Of a stretch of 64,000 bases of DNA, positions 1 to 11,920 are shown piece after piece. The translations under genes were made by a program, and so were the position numbers. The stretch is from Raillietiella orientalis (Eukaryota): assembly GCA_036172245.1 (NCBI GenBank), contig JAYWIR010000055.1:496001-560000 (forward strand), given 5' to 3'. The notes under the pieces were generated by a model. That model worked only from the letters and a program-made list of their open reading frames with translations. It ran no database searches and had not been told where the DNA came from. Numbering within the stretch: the first letter of the stretch is position 1; the number at the start of each line of letters is the position of its first letter.

Positions 1-3000
1 CCCACTCCGATCCCAAGCCGCACCCCGAGCGCTGGCAGTCCGGCTGGCCCCCTCGACCCCGGACTTACGGTGGGACGCAGCTGCTGGTGCCGCCGCCGCC
101 GCCGCCGCACCCTGGCGCCTTTGCGCCACCCATCCCGCTCCGGGAAGCCACCGCGCCCACGTTACCCCGCGGTTCCCAGCGGTGCGGGGCGTGTCCGACC
201 GCTGCGGAGCGCCGGCGTCGACTCGACCCCCCCCCCTTCCGGTGTGGAGCAGCGACGCTCTCCCTCCGCCCACCTTCCGCCCGTAGGAAGAGCGGGGCCG
301 CCGCCGCATGCATCCCGGAGGAACGCAGACTCCCCGAAAGGGGGATGAAGAGGAAGGAAGCGGGGATCCTCCCACGCGCTCCGCCGCCTCCGCTCGGGAC
401 TTCCGCTTCCAGCAGGACTCGCGGGCGCCGGGCGCGAGCGGAGGGGGGGATGGGCAAAGAGAAGGTTGCCTGCACGGGGAAGACGAAAAAGAGACCACGC
501 GCGCTCCCCCTCTCCCCCTCCGACCGTCGCCGGAAGACCACCCCTGGGCGCGAATCTCACAGCGGTGGCGGCCGGCACCGCCCCGCCTCGGAGCGGTGAC
601 GTCACACGCAGTGCTGCTCCCCCGCAGCCGCCGTCGACAGCGCCTGCATCCGCCAACGCGGTGGAAGACGGGCGCCTGGCCGCCGCCCGCCTTCCACTGC
701 GCGCCTGCTGGGAACGCGCCGACTCCCCTTGCAACCCACGGAGAGAAGAATGGGCGCTCCCACCAGCTCTCTTCGGGCAGCCAGCGGAGCAGTGCAGGCC
801 CTCGAATGTCCAGCCCCCATCCCCACATGATACCCCTCGTTCCCTTTTTTTTCATTTCGACAGAGTCCACGTTCGCAGCTTCTGCATTCGCGAGCTCCTC
901 TCAGAGCGAGTCGTCCTGGAAACGCCCCTCTCACGGCACGGGAACCCGAACCGTGCTTCTTCCCTTCCTCCTCCTCCTCCCTCTTTCTTTCCTCCTCTCT
1001 CTCCTGGCCGTTGGGTTCCGAAAGTGCAGGTGGAACAGCCGCACGTGACGTGGCGTGAGAGCCGGGTCGGTCCACCCCGGAAGGCCCTGCCTCCACGGGC
1101 GGAAAGTCGGACGACGAATCGGGTCAGCGATGCACCCCACAGTGGCAACGCGCCCATCTGGGGCGGGCCACAGAGTCGCTTTCCCCGCTCTTCCGCTCCC
1201 CCACAGAGGAAATTCAGCTCTTCGCCCCGAGGGCGTTTTCCGCAATGGGAAAGTCGAGTTCTCCCTCGCGAGAGAGTGCTCGCAGCTTCTTCCATGGAGC
1301 GCATCGTCAAGCGGGCGGCATCCCCCCCCCTCCCCTTCCGCCCTCCCCTTCCCAACTACACGAGCGGACCGGAGAGGCCTCGGTTGCCATGGAGCTGCGC
1401 CGATGGCCCAAAGTTGAGCAAGCTGACGACGTCGGCCAGCGTTGCTGCCAGCACGCGGGTGACCTTGAAAAGGGTTGACAGCATGGAGAGCATCAGCGGC
1501 AGCCCGCGCCCATCCATTGGTTCTCACGAGCCCGTGAGGGAAGGGGTGATGGCTGAAGAACGGACGGAAGAGCAGCTGTCCACCTCTTGCGGGGAGGGGG
1601 AGGGGAGGGCCTGAAACCGAAGCACCACCGTATCCCGGCAACAGAATGCGAGCATTGCTGAACGACGGAAAAGGAAAGCGGCGCACAGAAACGACCGCGT
1701 CCATCGAGGTCAGCTGAGTGCGAATCAACCGGAGAGGTCCTCTCCGACCCACCAATCAGCAGCGGCGCCACCTGCACAAAGAGGTCCTCCGCAGGCGGGC
1801 ACGGAACGTCCCTGCCGTCCCCGCATCCCAGCGAACGGGAACGGCGGCAGAACCCACCCGGAACACGTTCGTTCGGTCCGCCTCTCCTCTGCTCGTCCCT
1901 TTTTTCACCTTTCTCCCCTTTCCGGTCCCCTTCGCTCTTTCGGTTTCGGCGGCGGCCAACACCCTCCCCCCCCCCCCCTCCCTTTTCGCCGTTCCCCGGG
2001 GATCATCACCCCGCCTGTCCGAGGGAGGGGTGGACTCGGGGCTCTCGCGAGGCGAGGTTCCACGTTCCCGAGGGTGCGAGAAAAGGGAGCAGGCGGGATG
2101 TCTTCGTCCTGCCACCGAGCTGCAAGCAAAGGTGCTGCACGGCTCCCCGCGTGCCCGCGCAGGGTGGTGGTGCGCAGCGCTCCGACCTGCAAAGGGAGCG
2201 CGCGCGACACCAAACCACCCGGCGACCGCGCGCGCGCGCAACGCGTCCATCAAGGGAGAGGGAGGCACTCCCGATGATAACCCAAAAGCATCCCTGCAGC
2301 AGCGCTTACCTCCGCTTCTCCCTTTTTTTTTTCCTATTTCTCTCCCTTTTTCTGTCCCTCTCATTCCCAGAACCGCACGCGAACCCGCCTGCTGCGCTTT
2401 CTCCCCCCCCCCCGCCTTCGGGCTCGGGAAGCGTTGGGGGGGGGGGGGGGACTCGATGGGTTCTCGATGGGAGATTATAAAAAGAACACCGATTTCGCTC
2501 CCGAGCGGCTCTGGAGCCATCCTCGTAAATCCAAGGGAAGGGGGGAGGGCAAAACGGAAGGCTGCTGCCTGCCTGCCCCTTCCATATTTGGGCAGCCACC
2601 GCGGAAAGGGCCGGAGGAAAAGATTATTGCGTCGCCGTCTGTTCCCGCCGAGTGGTGCGGGGCGGCGCGCCACAACGGGAAACGGTTCCCGGCGAGCCGA
2701 GAGGGGCTCGTGTTTCACCGGACCCCTCTTATCCCGCCGCGGATCCCCCCCGCGGTCCGGAGGAAAGGGAGCCGCTGCTGCCCCGCGATCCAGGCGCGAC
2801 TTCGTCGGCTTGAAGATCGCTCGAGCCGTCGTCAATCCCGGGGGGTCGCCCCGCGACCGGCCGCCGCCACCGCCGCCCGCAATGCAGGCAGGTGGTAGAG
2901 GCAGACAGTGTTGCCAAGTGCTCAGAAGCGTTTCGGGGCGCCCTCCGCCGACGCTGAAGGAATCGGAATTTCGAGGCCCGAAGCGGGGCGCAGATCCTCC

Positions 3001-5384
3001 GCCAAGCAAATGAGAACGTTCGTCCCCTCCCCTCGGTCACGCATTCGGTCATCCGTTGTCCGTCTCAGCCGAAGTTCACGAGGAAAATCCTGGGGAAGCC
3101 ATTCCTCCACGTTTGTGCATTTCGTTTTGCGAGCTCCGTGGAGCGCGCGGGGAAAGCGTGCAATCCGTTCGCGCTCACTCCATTTGTGTTGCATTCACTC
3201 GGAGCACTCACACTCTTCGTCTGCTGATCGAAACGCCACTCTTTCCTTCTTTCCTTTTTGGGTCCAGAGACGCTTGGCCGACCGATGTTGCATGGCATCC
3301 GTTGGCCTGCCATTTTGAATAAACGAGGAGGCGCTTTGCTGCGTGCTCTGTCCAAGAAGTGTTGGGTGTTCGTCACCGTGGAATGGCGAGCGGAGAAAGT
3401 ACAGAACAACGTCGCCGCGCTCCTGCCTGGGGATGCACTTTTTTGGGAAACGCAGATGCAGGACCTCCGGCCCCAGCCCATCATCGCGCGCTGCCCTTTC
3501 GAGGCCCCACGTTGTGCTTATTTGTTGATTTCGCCGACCCTCCCCATCGGGGGACCCACACGCCTGCCGGTCCGCGTGCTTTTTTCCGTGTTGTCTGCCT
3601 GCCGCGATCCCCAGCGTCGGGCGCCATGAAGGGAAGAGGAGGGAGGAAGCAGGGCGGGGGGGGGGGCAGTGGTCGCGTGGGACACGACCAGTGTCCCCTC
3701 CCCGGTGCAGGCGGGAGCCGATTCGCCGCGTGCGCCCACAGGACTGCCCAAAACGAGTTGGGCGGTGGAGGGGGCGCGCGGTGAAAGAGAAAGAAGACTC
3801 GCGCCAACCCAAAGGCGTTTCGCTCCGTCGCCGGTATCACCAATTCCCACCTGCCTCTGCGGCGCGGCTGTCGTAACTCAGGAAGCACCGAAAAGAGGGT
3901 TGCGGCTTCCAAGGTTAGCCGTTGCCCAGTGACGACCGTTCGCTCTGCACGGGGGGGGACGAATAAAATTCACTTGGTGAGCCTTGCGGTCCTCAGATGG
4001 TTCCGCCCGCCTCGTCCGCGCGCGCGAAACAGCAGCGGCCGCCCATGGGTCGCGCCGCAGGAAGGAGAGGAACCTCCTGCAATCGGAACCAACAGTGAAG
4101 TTGCGCGGAGAGCGCCACCAGCGGTCGGCGGCGCGGGATCGCCTCTCCGAGTGGACGCCGGCCCGAGGTGAGTTGCAGCTGCTCGCCCGCGCGCTGCTGC
4201 TGCTGCGACGGCCGCCCTCCCCCCCACTTCCCCCCCACCCCCGTCCGCCTAGAACTCAGCGCGGACCAGGGGGTAGCGCGCACACCGAAAGGCGTGCCAG
4301 GGGGGTCTCCCGACTGACCGTCCGTGGGCTGCCTTGACCCCATGGCCGTTCGGCCTTGGCATTCGGCGGTGGGTCCGGCAGAGGGTTACCATGAGACCCG
4401 CGCGCTCGCGTGCACCGGGAAGGAACCGCCCGCGCCCCGGATTTCGCCGCGAGGGAAGGGTTGGAGGGGGTGGACTGCTCCCCCGCCAAAGCCGCCCTCC
4501 CGCCAGCAGCTGTCCCGGGACTCCCGCGGGTCGCAAAGCGAGGAGGGCCCCTCTGGAGTGCGCGGCTGCTCGCATTTCGGGCTCCACGCGAAACTCCCTA
4601 GTCCCGAGCAGCACCCCCGTCCCTCAGAAGGGCGCGTTGCGCGCGAAGGTAGAGGGGGCGGCTCTGGCCGGGGAAAGCAGGAAGGGGGAGGAGTCCCTTT
4701 GCTCCCTCGCCGCAGCCCGGCTCCGCGCTTGCCCGACAACGTTCCCCGCGGCGAAGAGCCCCAGCAAGTGGAGGAGAAGAAGGGTCGCGCGTGAGAGACC
4801 CGGCGTTGCGGACGATGCAGCCTCTGGAATGTAAATAAAGATAAAAATAAACACCGGGAGGAATGCGCTTCCGCTTCCGCTGGTCTCGTTTTGTTTTGGC
4901 TTTCCTTCTGGCCTTCGCCGAGCGCACAGCTGCCGCCGGCGGCTGAGCAAACTCTCTGGCTTCCCCCCCCCCCCTCCTCGCTCCCTTCTCGCCTCTCGCG
5001 GTTGCCTCGGTGACAGCGAAAGTGAAATCCGGGCGTCGGAAGGGCACCTCGCCCCTCCAGGCCGAACGGGATCGGGCGGAGGAGGTTCGTGGTCGTCGCC
5101 CGGGCGTCCCGGATCGAGTGCCTCGACCTCTTCGGGAAAGACTCCGCTGAGGGGCCACGGGAAGGAGCGGGAACCCCGAGCGGCGAAAGCAATGACGGCC
5201 ATCCACGCAGCGCGGCACTCTGGGAGCCGACGGCCGGCTTTTGCCTGGCGAGGACGCGCGCGGACGCCCTTGCGGACGCTCCCTTCGACGACTCGGGCCG
5301 GACGCCCACCCGGGGCGCGGGTGCAAGTCGGGCGTGGGGGGAGCCGGACGGTGGACACGCGGCCTTGACCGACCGATTCCGTTA

Positions 5385-5618
5385 GTCTTCCTCCCTCCTT
5401 TCGCCCTCCATCCATCCTCCTTCCTTCCTCCTCTTCGTCTTCCTTTCCTTGCTCCTTTTCTTGCTCCTCCTCTTCCTTCCCTTTCTTCCTCCTTCCTCTT
5501 CCATTCCTCCTCCTCCTTCGTTCTTCCTTCCTCTTTCTTTCCTCTCTCCCTCTCTTTTCCTCCTCCCTTCATCTTCTCTTCTTCCTCCTGCTCCTTCTCT
5601 CTTCCTCGCCCTCCTCCA
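5385..5618. repeat. Low-complexity polypyrimidine (CT/CCT/CTT) tract
   Basis: ~230 nt almost entirely C/T on the + strand. Confidence 0.9.
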
Positions 5619-5949
5619 CTAGACGAAAGGCCGATAGCCACGTAAATGGCACTCCAGGCGAGACACATCGGACGGCGTCCGACCGGAACTCGGCCCGAAG
5701 GAAGGCGTCCGGTTTCCGGGTTCCCTGCTCATCCGACAGCATCCAGGTGTACGGACTGGACCCGTCGAAGCGACCTCGACGCGGGCCATTCCTTGGGGCT
5801 CGGCGCGGGCTTCCCTTCTTGCGACCTGGGGCGACGGGGAGGAGTTCCTGGCCATATTAGGGGCGATCAGGTGCTCCGGTAGCCCTCGCCGCTCTGCCCA
5901 CGGCCCACGGAAGGTGAGAGCAGCGCCTCCCTCGAGCGCTTGGGTTCCC

Positions 5950-6660
5950 ACACCCCGGGGAGGAATCCTCTGCCCTGTGCAGACCGCCACAGGGCGCTGG
6001 ATAGGATCGGCTCGCTTCTCTGCATTCTCTGGAGAGGTTGTGGCGACACACCTACTCCTCAGTACGATACGGAGAGTTCTCCCGGAATAGGCGGTCCTCT
6101 CCTTCACAACCGGAAGGGAACTCCCACTCCGTGATTCCTGGAAGGACCCGGAGGTCGACTCCCATTTGTCCCGGCTCTCATCGGGGGTATCCGGTTCGAA
6201 CCGCTACCAGTGCCACACTCGGATGAATGTAGGCCGACCATCTTGACCATCTTGTGGGGTGAACTCGGAACCCACGACGCATGGTGCCACGCGCGGAGAC
6301 CACCGTAACCACACGGCCTCCGCTGCAGTTCTCTTCAGAGGAGTAAACAGGAGCGGATCCCTTGCGGGGGATCCCTCCAGAGAAGAAATTTCAGAATCGG
6401 ATCCTTCAGAGGGTTCCCTTCAGAGAAGAAAGAATGGAGCGGACCCCCCGGGTGTCCTCCGGAGAGAATAAGGAAGGAGGATTCCCTTCCGGGTTCCCCT
6501 TCGAAGACAACTAGGGTGGAGGTGTTCTCCATTTCCGGGGATCCCTCCCCAGGCGTGAGAGGAACGGGCTCCGAGTCCTTCCTGGATTCATAGGACAGAG
6601 CCCTCCCGGGGTACCCCCTATCTTGAAGAATTAATCACCCTCGGGTGGCGTGGAACCGTG
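5950..6660. mobile_element. Copy of long tRNA-headed SINE-like repeat family; 5' part (~5950-6325) on - strand, 3' part (~6330-6660) on + strand
   Basis: 6105-6155 (cacaacc...gattcctggaaggacccggagg) matches 38341-38383 in the same orientation. 6637-6655 (accctcgggtggcgtggaa) is the reverse complement of 38014-38032 and resembles 48845-48865. Boundaries approximate. Confidence 0.6.
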
Positions 6661-7329
6661 TCGAAGAACTGCGAAGACAGGCGCCGCGCCGCGCTCTCTA
6701 TCATCGCAAGCGTCTCCCTCTCTTCCCCTTTTGGCGGGATGCTGGATGAGTTTCGAAACGCGCGGAGAGGCCAAGGGAGTCCGCTCTTTGGCTCTCTCAC
6801 TTTCACCGGGCTGAAGAAGAGTCATCCTTCAGAAGCGGCGGGAGAGAGAAGGGCGCCTCCTCCGACTCCACGTGGATCCGATAGCCCCAAGGAATGACGA
6901 CCTTTTTCCTTTTACCATCCACTCGGCTCTTTGGCCACTACAGCCGCGTCTCCTTCCGCTTTTTTCGGCCCGTGCGTGCCATCTTGCGTCCCAGGTGCCC
7001 AGTGTTACGAGATAAGACGGAGACGCAGACCCCCACCCTCTCGGGGGGGCCGAGCGAGACAGTCGGTCAGCTTCATCTTCGGCTGGTGACCGCTTCGCCC
7101 AACTTGGCAGCGATCCCCATCTTCAGGAGATCTGGAACACCCCCAGGACCTCTTGCAGCGCGGAAGCAGCCGCGTGACGGATAGGGTAGCATGAAGGCAG
7201 TGCGTGGCGACCGCACCCTTGCCGTCTTCCCGCCACCCTGCTTGCGGCGCCCCCAGCCGGGAGGAGTTCGCCCCCCTTCCATGCGGAGGGAAGGCGAAGG
7301 GGAATCGTCTGGGCGGCGAAACTGCGTGC

Positions 7330-7810
7330 CTTTTGAATGCGGGGAGGCTCCCAGAGGAGCAGTCCGTTCCCCACTGACTTTGGGAGGGAACCCTTCACCA
7401 TTCCCTGCAGACGGACCCCACGGAAGGGACCTGCTCCTTGCTTCCTCCTCTGAAGAGAACCCCGAAGGGACGCTTCCCAATTTCTCTGGAGGGCGCTCCC
7501 TTCGGCGCGCTTCTCACATCCTGGAAAGGCGACCCCCCGCGAGGGCTGCCAACCAGCTCCATTTTCCCAACTGGAGGGAAACCCCGAAAGGCTCCTTGGA
7601 AGGACTCCGGAGGTTAACCCACAATCCTGGCCAGTCGACGGAGGCATCCGGCGTCCACCAGTGCTGCTGGAAGCACCCGAAGCCATCTGAGGCCAGCTGG
7701 CGTCATCCTGCGGGGGTGGAGGCACTAAAAACCCAAGGCGCACCTTCGTTCTCGGGTGAGATTCGAACCGCAACGCTTGGAACCGCGAGTGGGGACCGCA
7801 GCCGCCACCG
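7330..7810 (-). mobile_element. Copy of the same SINE-like family
   Basis: B-box GGTTCGAATC (rc at 7760-7769) followed by cccgcaggatgacgcc...gctggcc. Body (cccgaagggacgct, gccaaccagctcca) is shared with 38176-38291 and with 48290-48660. Confidence 0.65.
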
Positions 7811-8522
7811 CGGGCACCTCATCTTCTGCGGTGGCATGACCTCTGGGAGATCGTCTACCCGCTGTCCTTCCCCGAGGTTTTCCCTTGGTAACGACCTGCA
7901 GGAAGCTAGAGGTAGCACGCCCTCTCGAGAAGACAGCAACGCGTCTCTTGAAGGCCACTGGGAAAAATGCGGCCGCTGCAGCTACTTTCCACGGACAGGG
8001 GAGATTGCTCTGCGATTGCTATCGCGATACCTCGGCCTGCAGAGTCATCTATGAGTCGATCCGTTTACTGAGGTCCTTGTCCGAGTGAGCATTCCGACCC
8101 CGCACGAAGAGCTTTAGGAAGGAAGAGAAAGAGAGGAAATTAAAAAAAAAAAAAAAGTGAAGGGGGAAGCCCCGGAAATTTCCTTCTCGAGCGTGCCTTC
8201 CGCTCCGGAGCTGCGGATAAACGGCGCGGATAGAGAGCCCGGACGGCCACCTGCAAAGAGTTTTCCCGAACGACACGAGATGGCACTGTGGCGCTCCCTT
8301 TTTCGGAGTCTGTGCGTGTTCGTTTGGCCATTCCCGGACCGCCTTGCCTGGAGGCTTGAGAAGGGGAGAGGAAGTGCCTTTGACGTACTATTACCGCTGC
8401 TTCTCCCTCCTTCCGCAGCGCCCGTTCCCAAGCGACCTCCGTTCTCCAGCTCAACGGACGGCGGTGCAGAGCCGTCCTTCCTCGCTAGCTCCGTTTCCTC
8501 TTCCAGGCTCCTCTCTTCAAGG

Positions 8523-10001
8523 ATGAAGCGCTCAGACCCGAAGCCGAGGATCGTTCGTTACCTGGGGAAGCTGGAGAGATTTTTCCTGGACGTGTACAAG
8601 TGTGCGCGGATTGGCACCACCGTGTACTCGCTGCACGTCCGCTCGGAGATGGAGCTGCAGGACTGCGAAGTGATCGACTCCCTCTGCCTCTTGCAGAGGT
8701 GAGCGCCGCCGTCCACTCCCCCCCTCCCTCACCGTCCTCTCTGCAGGAAGCTCCAGCACCTGCGCCTGTGCATCTCGAAGAGGTTCCTCAGGCACTGCCT
8801 GAGGGAGATGGACCACTCTCGGATCGACTACAAGCGCCTGCCCGCGGAGGACTGGCGGTCGGTCCACGAGGACCTGCTGCGGTTCGAGTTCGACCTGGCG
8901 TCCGGGCCGCTCTGGTGCTGCCGGCTCCTGTACCTGCGCGCGGAAGACCCCGATGCGCGCATCGGCGTCCGCTCGGCGCTCCCTTTCGCCTACGTCGTCC
9001 TCTTCAGCATCCTCCACGTCATCACCGACGGGACGTCCAACATGAAGATGTGCAACGACTTCGTGCGGATCCTCAACGACCGCGTGGCAGGCCGGAAGCT
9101 CCGCCACGAGAGGTCTCTGCCCGTGCTGGGCAGCGTAGACGAGCTGCTGCCCCGACGCTCGGGGGTGCTGCGCCCCGGGGACGCCGGCCCCCTGGTCAGG
9201 AACGCCTGGAGGTTCCTTTTCCAGCCCAGGAACGCGTACGTGCGGACTTTCGGGTCTCCGCCTCCGCGGTCCCGGAGTCGCGCTGAGTGCCGCTTCGTCC
9301 CCTCGGGGCTAGACGAAGAGGAGACCTCCCGGCTGATCGGGAGGTGCAAGGAGAAGGGCTGCACGGTGCACGGGGCCATCACGACGGCCTGCGCCCTCGC
9401 CATGCACAAGCTGGTGTGCGAGGCCGGCGGCGGCGAGCAGCAGCAGCTCCGCGGCGGCAGGCGCGCTTACCACGTCGGGCACGCCGTGAACCTGCGGCGG
9501 CACATCGCGCGCGACGTCTCGGACGCGTATGGCCTGTACATCGCTCTGGTGTCCCACACGTTCCACTTCGGCGACGACCTGGAGGAGCGCTTCTGGGACT
9601 ACGCGGAGGAGTACACCCGGAAGCTGCGCCGCGACTTCCAGAGGGAGGGCATCCTCCACCGCAGGCGCATCCTAGAAACGCTCATGACGTTCGTCAGGTT
9701 CTACCTCTTCTGGAGGAAGCACGCCAGCAGCAGGTGGCGCTACGAGTTCTCCACCACCAACATGGGCAAGGTGGACCACCTGCTCAAGGATGCCGGAGGG
9801 TCCGAGAACCACGTCGAGGTCGTCGCCATCTACCGGTCCACTGCCTTCCAGAAGATGGGTGTGGCCTTCGACCACAACGTCCAGACATACCGTGGGCGCC
9901 TCTTCTACAACCTCGACTACTTCACCAGCCACGTGACCGAGGAGAACGCGGTCGCCTACGCGGACATGGTCATCCGCATGCTCAAGAAGGCCGCCGAGTG
10001 A
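8523..10001 (+). CDS. Stand-alone condensation-domain / alcohol-acetyltransferase-like acyltransferase (CAT-like fold), 476 aa; join(8523..8698,8747..10001)
   Basis: A 48-nt GT-AG intron (8699-8746) restores the frame (LQR|KLQHLRLC). Motifs: RYLGKLE, FDLASGPLW, catalytic-type LHVITDG (HxxxDG), CKEKGCTVHGAITTA, VNLRR, TTNMG. Strong GC3 codon bias. An acceptor-like site lies 16 nt upstream of the ATG. Confidence 0.85.
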
Positions 10002-11762
10002 GCCGATCCGGAAGAGGTGTCCGCGGCGCGAAAGAGCAGTAAAGGCGCCTTCTTCCTTGCGACCACTTGGAGTGAGCGCGCGCGCCCCCCTCCACGCAAC
10101 CTCTGCCCACCCTCGGCCCGAGAGGTACTCCCGGGCCATCCGGGGAGAGCACTCACAGCGCCGGAGGCGCTCTTGCAACACGCAGCAGACACAACGGTGC
10201 TTGCAACCCTCCCACGACAGACTCCGCTTGGGGCTACTCTCAGGGAAGGAAGGAAGGGGACGGGGAACGGACGCGACCTCTGACGGGGCACTGGCAGGAT
10301 CCCGTCCTCCCCCCCCCCCCCTCAGATCGGCAGGTGGCGGGGTCACCTACCAGTCTGAGGACGAACTCGTCTCGGACACACGGGACTGCGACCACAGCCG
10401 CTGCACGGCCGTGGCCACTCGGTGGCGGTGGTCAGTGGCAGCCACCAGGCGCGTCGCCCTTCCGGCAGGGTGGAGGACGTGCGCTCTGCCCGGACGCGTC
10501 CTCGGGGGTCGGGTGGACCATGCCAGGGAAAGCCACCCACCCAGCAGCGCGCTCCTCCCAGAGGGTGGGGACCTCGAAGCAAGAGGAATGGAGGAGTGAG
10601 AAGGGGAATCCCCCCCCCACACCGGCGGACGGTCCCCATCAGGACGGTAACCAGCGGTGACCCTCCGTCCCCTTCCGTGGTGCCAGCCGCAATCTCCGGA
10701 GGGTCAGCAACGCCTAAGGAGGAGGGCGTGGGCGCTTGGGAAGGAAGGAAGGAGGGTGTCCTGCCCAGGCGTAGAGGAGGGTTCGAGGACCCTTCCCCCG
10801 AAGGGGTAGCCTGGGGAGGGAAGTGAACTTCTTTGCAGCAGGACGGGTCACCTATCGGATCTTCGGGTCACCACGCGGTGGTCCGAATCCCCCTCCGTCT
10901 CTTTCCCCGTCCTCCCTACAGCCATGCGAAGACAGGCAAGGCAGACACCTGGGTACGGGGTCGCGTGACTCTTTTTGCCCTCCAGGGACGGGCGGCGAAG
11001 GTTTCCGCCCCTTAAAAGGGAAACCCTCGGGCCCGAACGCTGAGTCGCGGACGACCTCGCCCGAGGCGACGGTGCCTCCGGGGAGAGCCAAAGCAACGGG
11101 GAGCGGCCGTCCGGGGGAACGAACTCCGAGCTGAGCGTCATCCGCTGCGCTGCGAGGGAAGGGGAAGGGGGGAGAAGGGGGTGAGGTGAGTGGTTGGAGC
11201 TCCCCAGCCCCCAGCCTTCCTCCCCTGTCCTTCCGCTCCGGGGGACGGTGAGAGCGGGTGGAGGCTCCAGGATCGTACGCAAGACCGACCGGAAGCCCCG
11301 AGCTCTGCCCGAGGTCCCGGAAACCGCGCGCCTTCTCGAGGGTCAGCGCGTGGCGGAAGAGGAGTGGGCGCTCCCCTCCCGAGTCAACCGAAAGCGGTCG
11401 TGTGGACGGCCGAAGACGCTGCTGCTGAAGCCCCAAGGTGGCGCACGTCCCACTGGGGAAGAAGAGCGAGTCCCAGGGACGCGGGGATAGGGCAGCAGCC
11501 GAGGAATTCCGGGAACAGAGGGAAGTTCCGGAGGGGCGACAGCGAGTGAGGCGGCGTGGAGCCTCCCCTGCCGTGAGAGGTCCTGAGCTGACCGGGGACG
11601 CCTTCGGCCGCTCCCGGAAGACAGACGCGACCTGCAAGGCCGCCAGACAGAGGTAGCGGTAGCGGTTGCTTGGGGGACTCCCAATCCGAATGGGTGTCAA
11701 CGGCACGTCGGCCACGACGTCGGCGGGGGTGCGTCGAGGCGGCCAACATCCGGGAATTCACA

Positions 11763-11920
11763 CAGGAAAGGGGAGAAATGAGGGGGGAAGAAGAGAAAGG
11801 AAAAAATAGGAGGAAGGGGGAAGGGAAAGAGAGGAGGAAGAAGGAGAGAAGGAAAGAAAAAGAGGAAGAAGGGAGGAAGAAGAGGAGGGGGAAGAGAGGA
11901 GAAGAAGGAAGAGAAGAGGA
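11763..11920. repeat. Low-complexity polypurine (GA/GGA/GAA) tract
   Basis: ~155 nt almost entirely A/G on the + strand. Confidence 0.9.

Noticed and set aside
65..5668. Long overlapping ORFs (466..1614, 1718..3013, 1756..3009, 4386..5309, 4598..5668)
   Set aside because: Arg/Pro/Gly/Ala-rich low-complexity translations open on both strands, no domain motifs or codon bias; expected from very high GC
6975..7015. LTR end (TAACA on - strand) followed by PBS-like ctgggcacctggg
   Set aside because: No partner LTR, gag/pol motifs or convincing tRNA complement found
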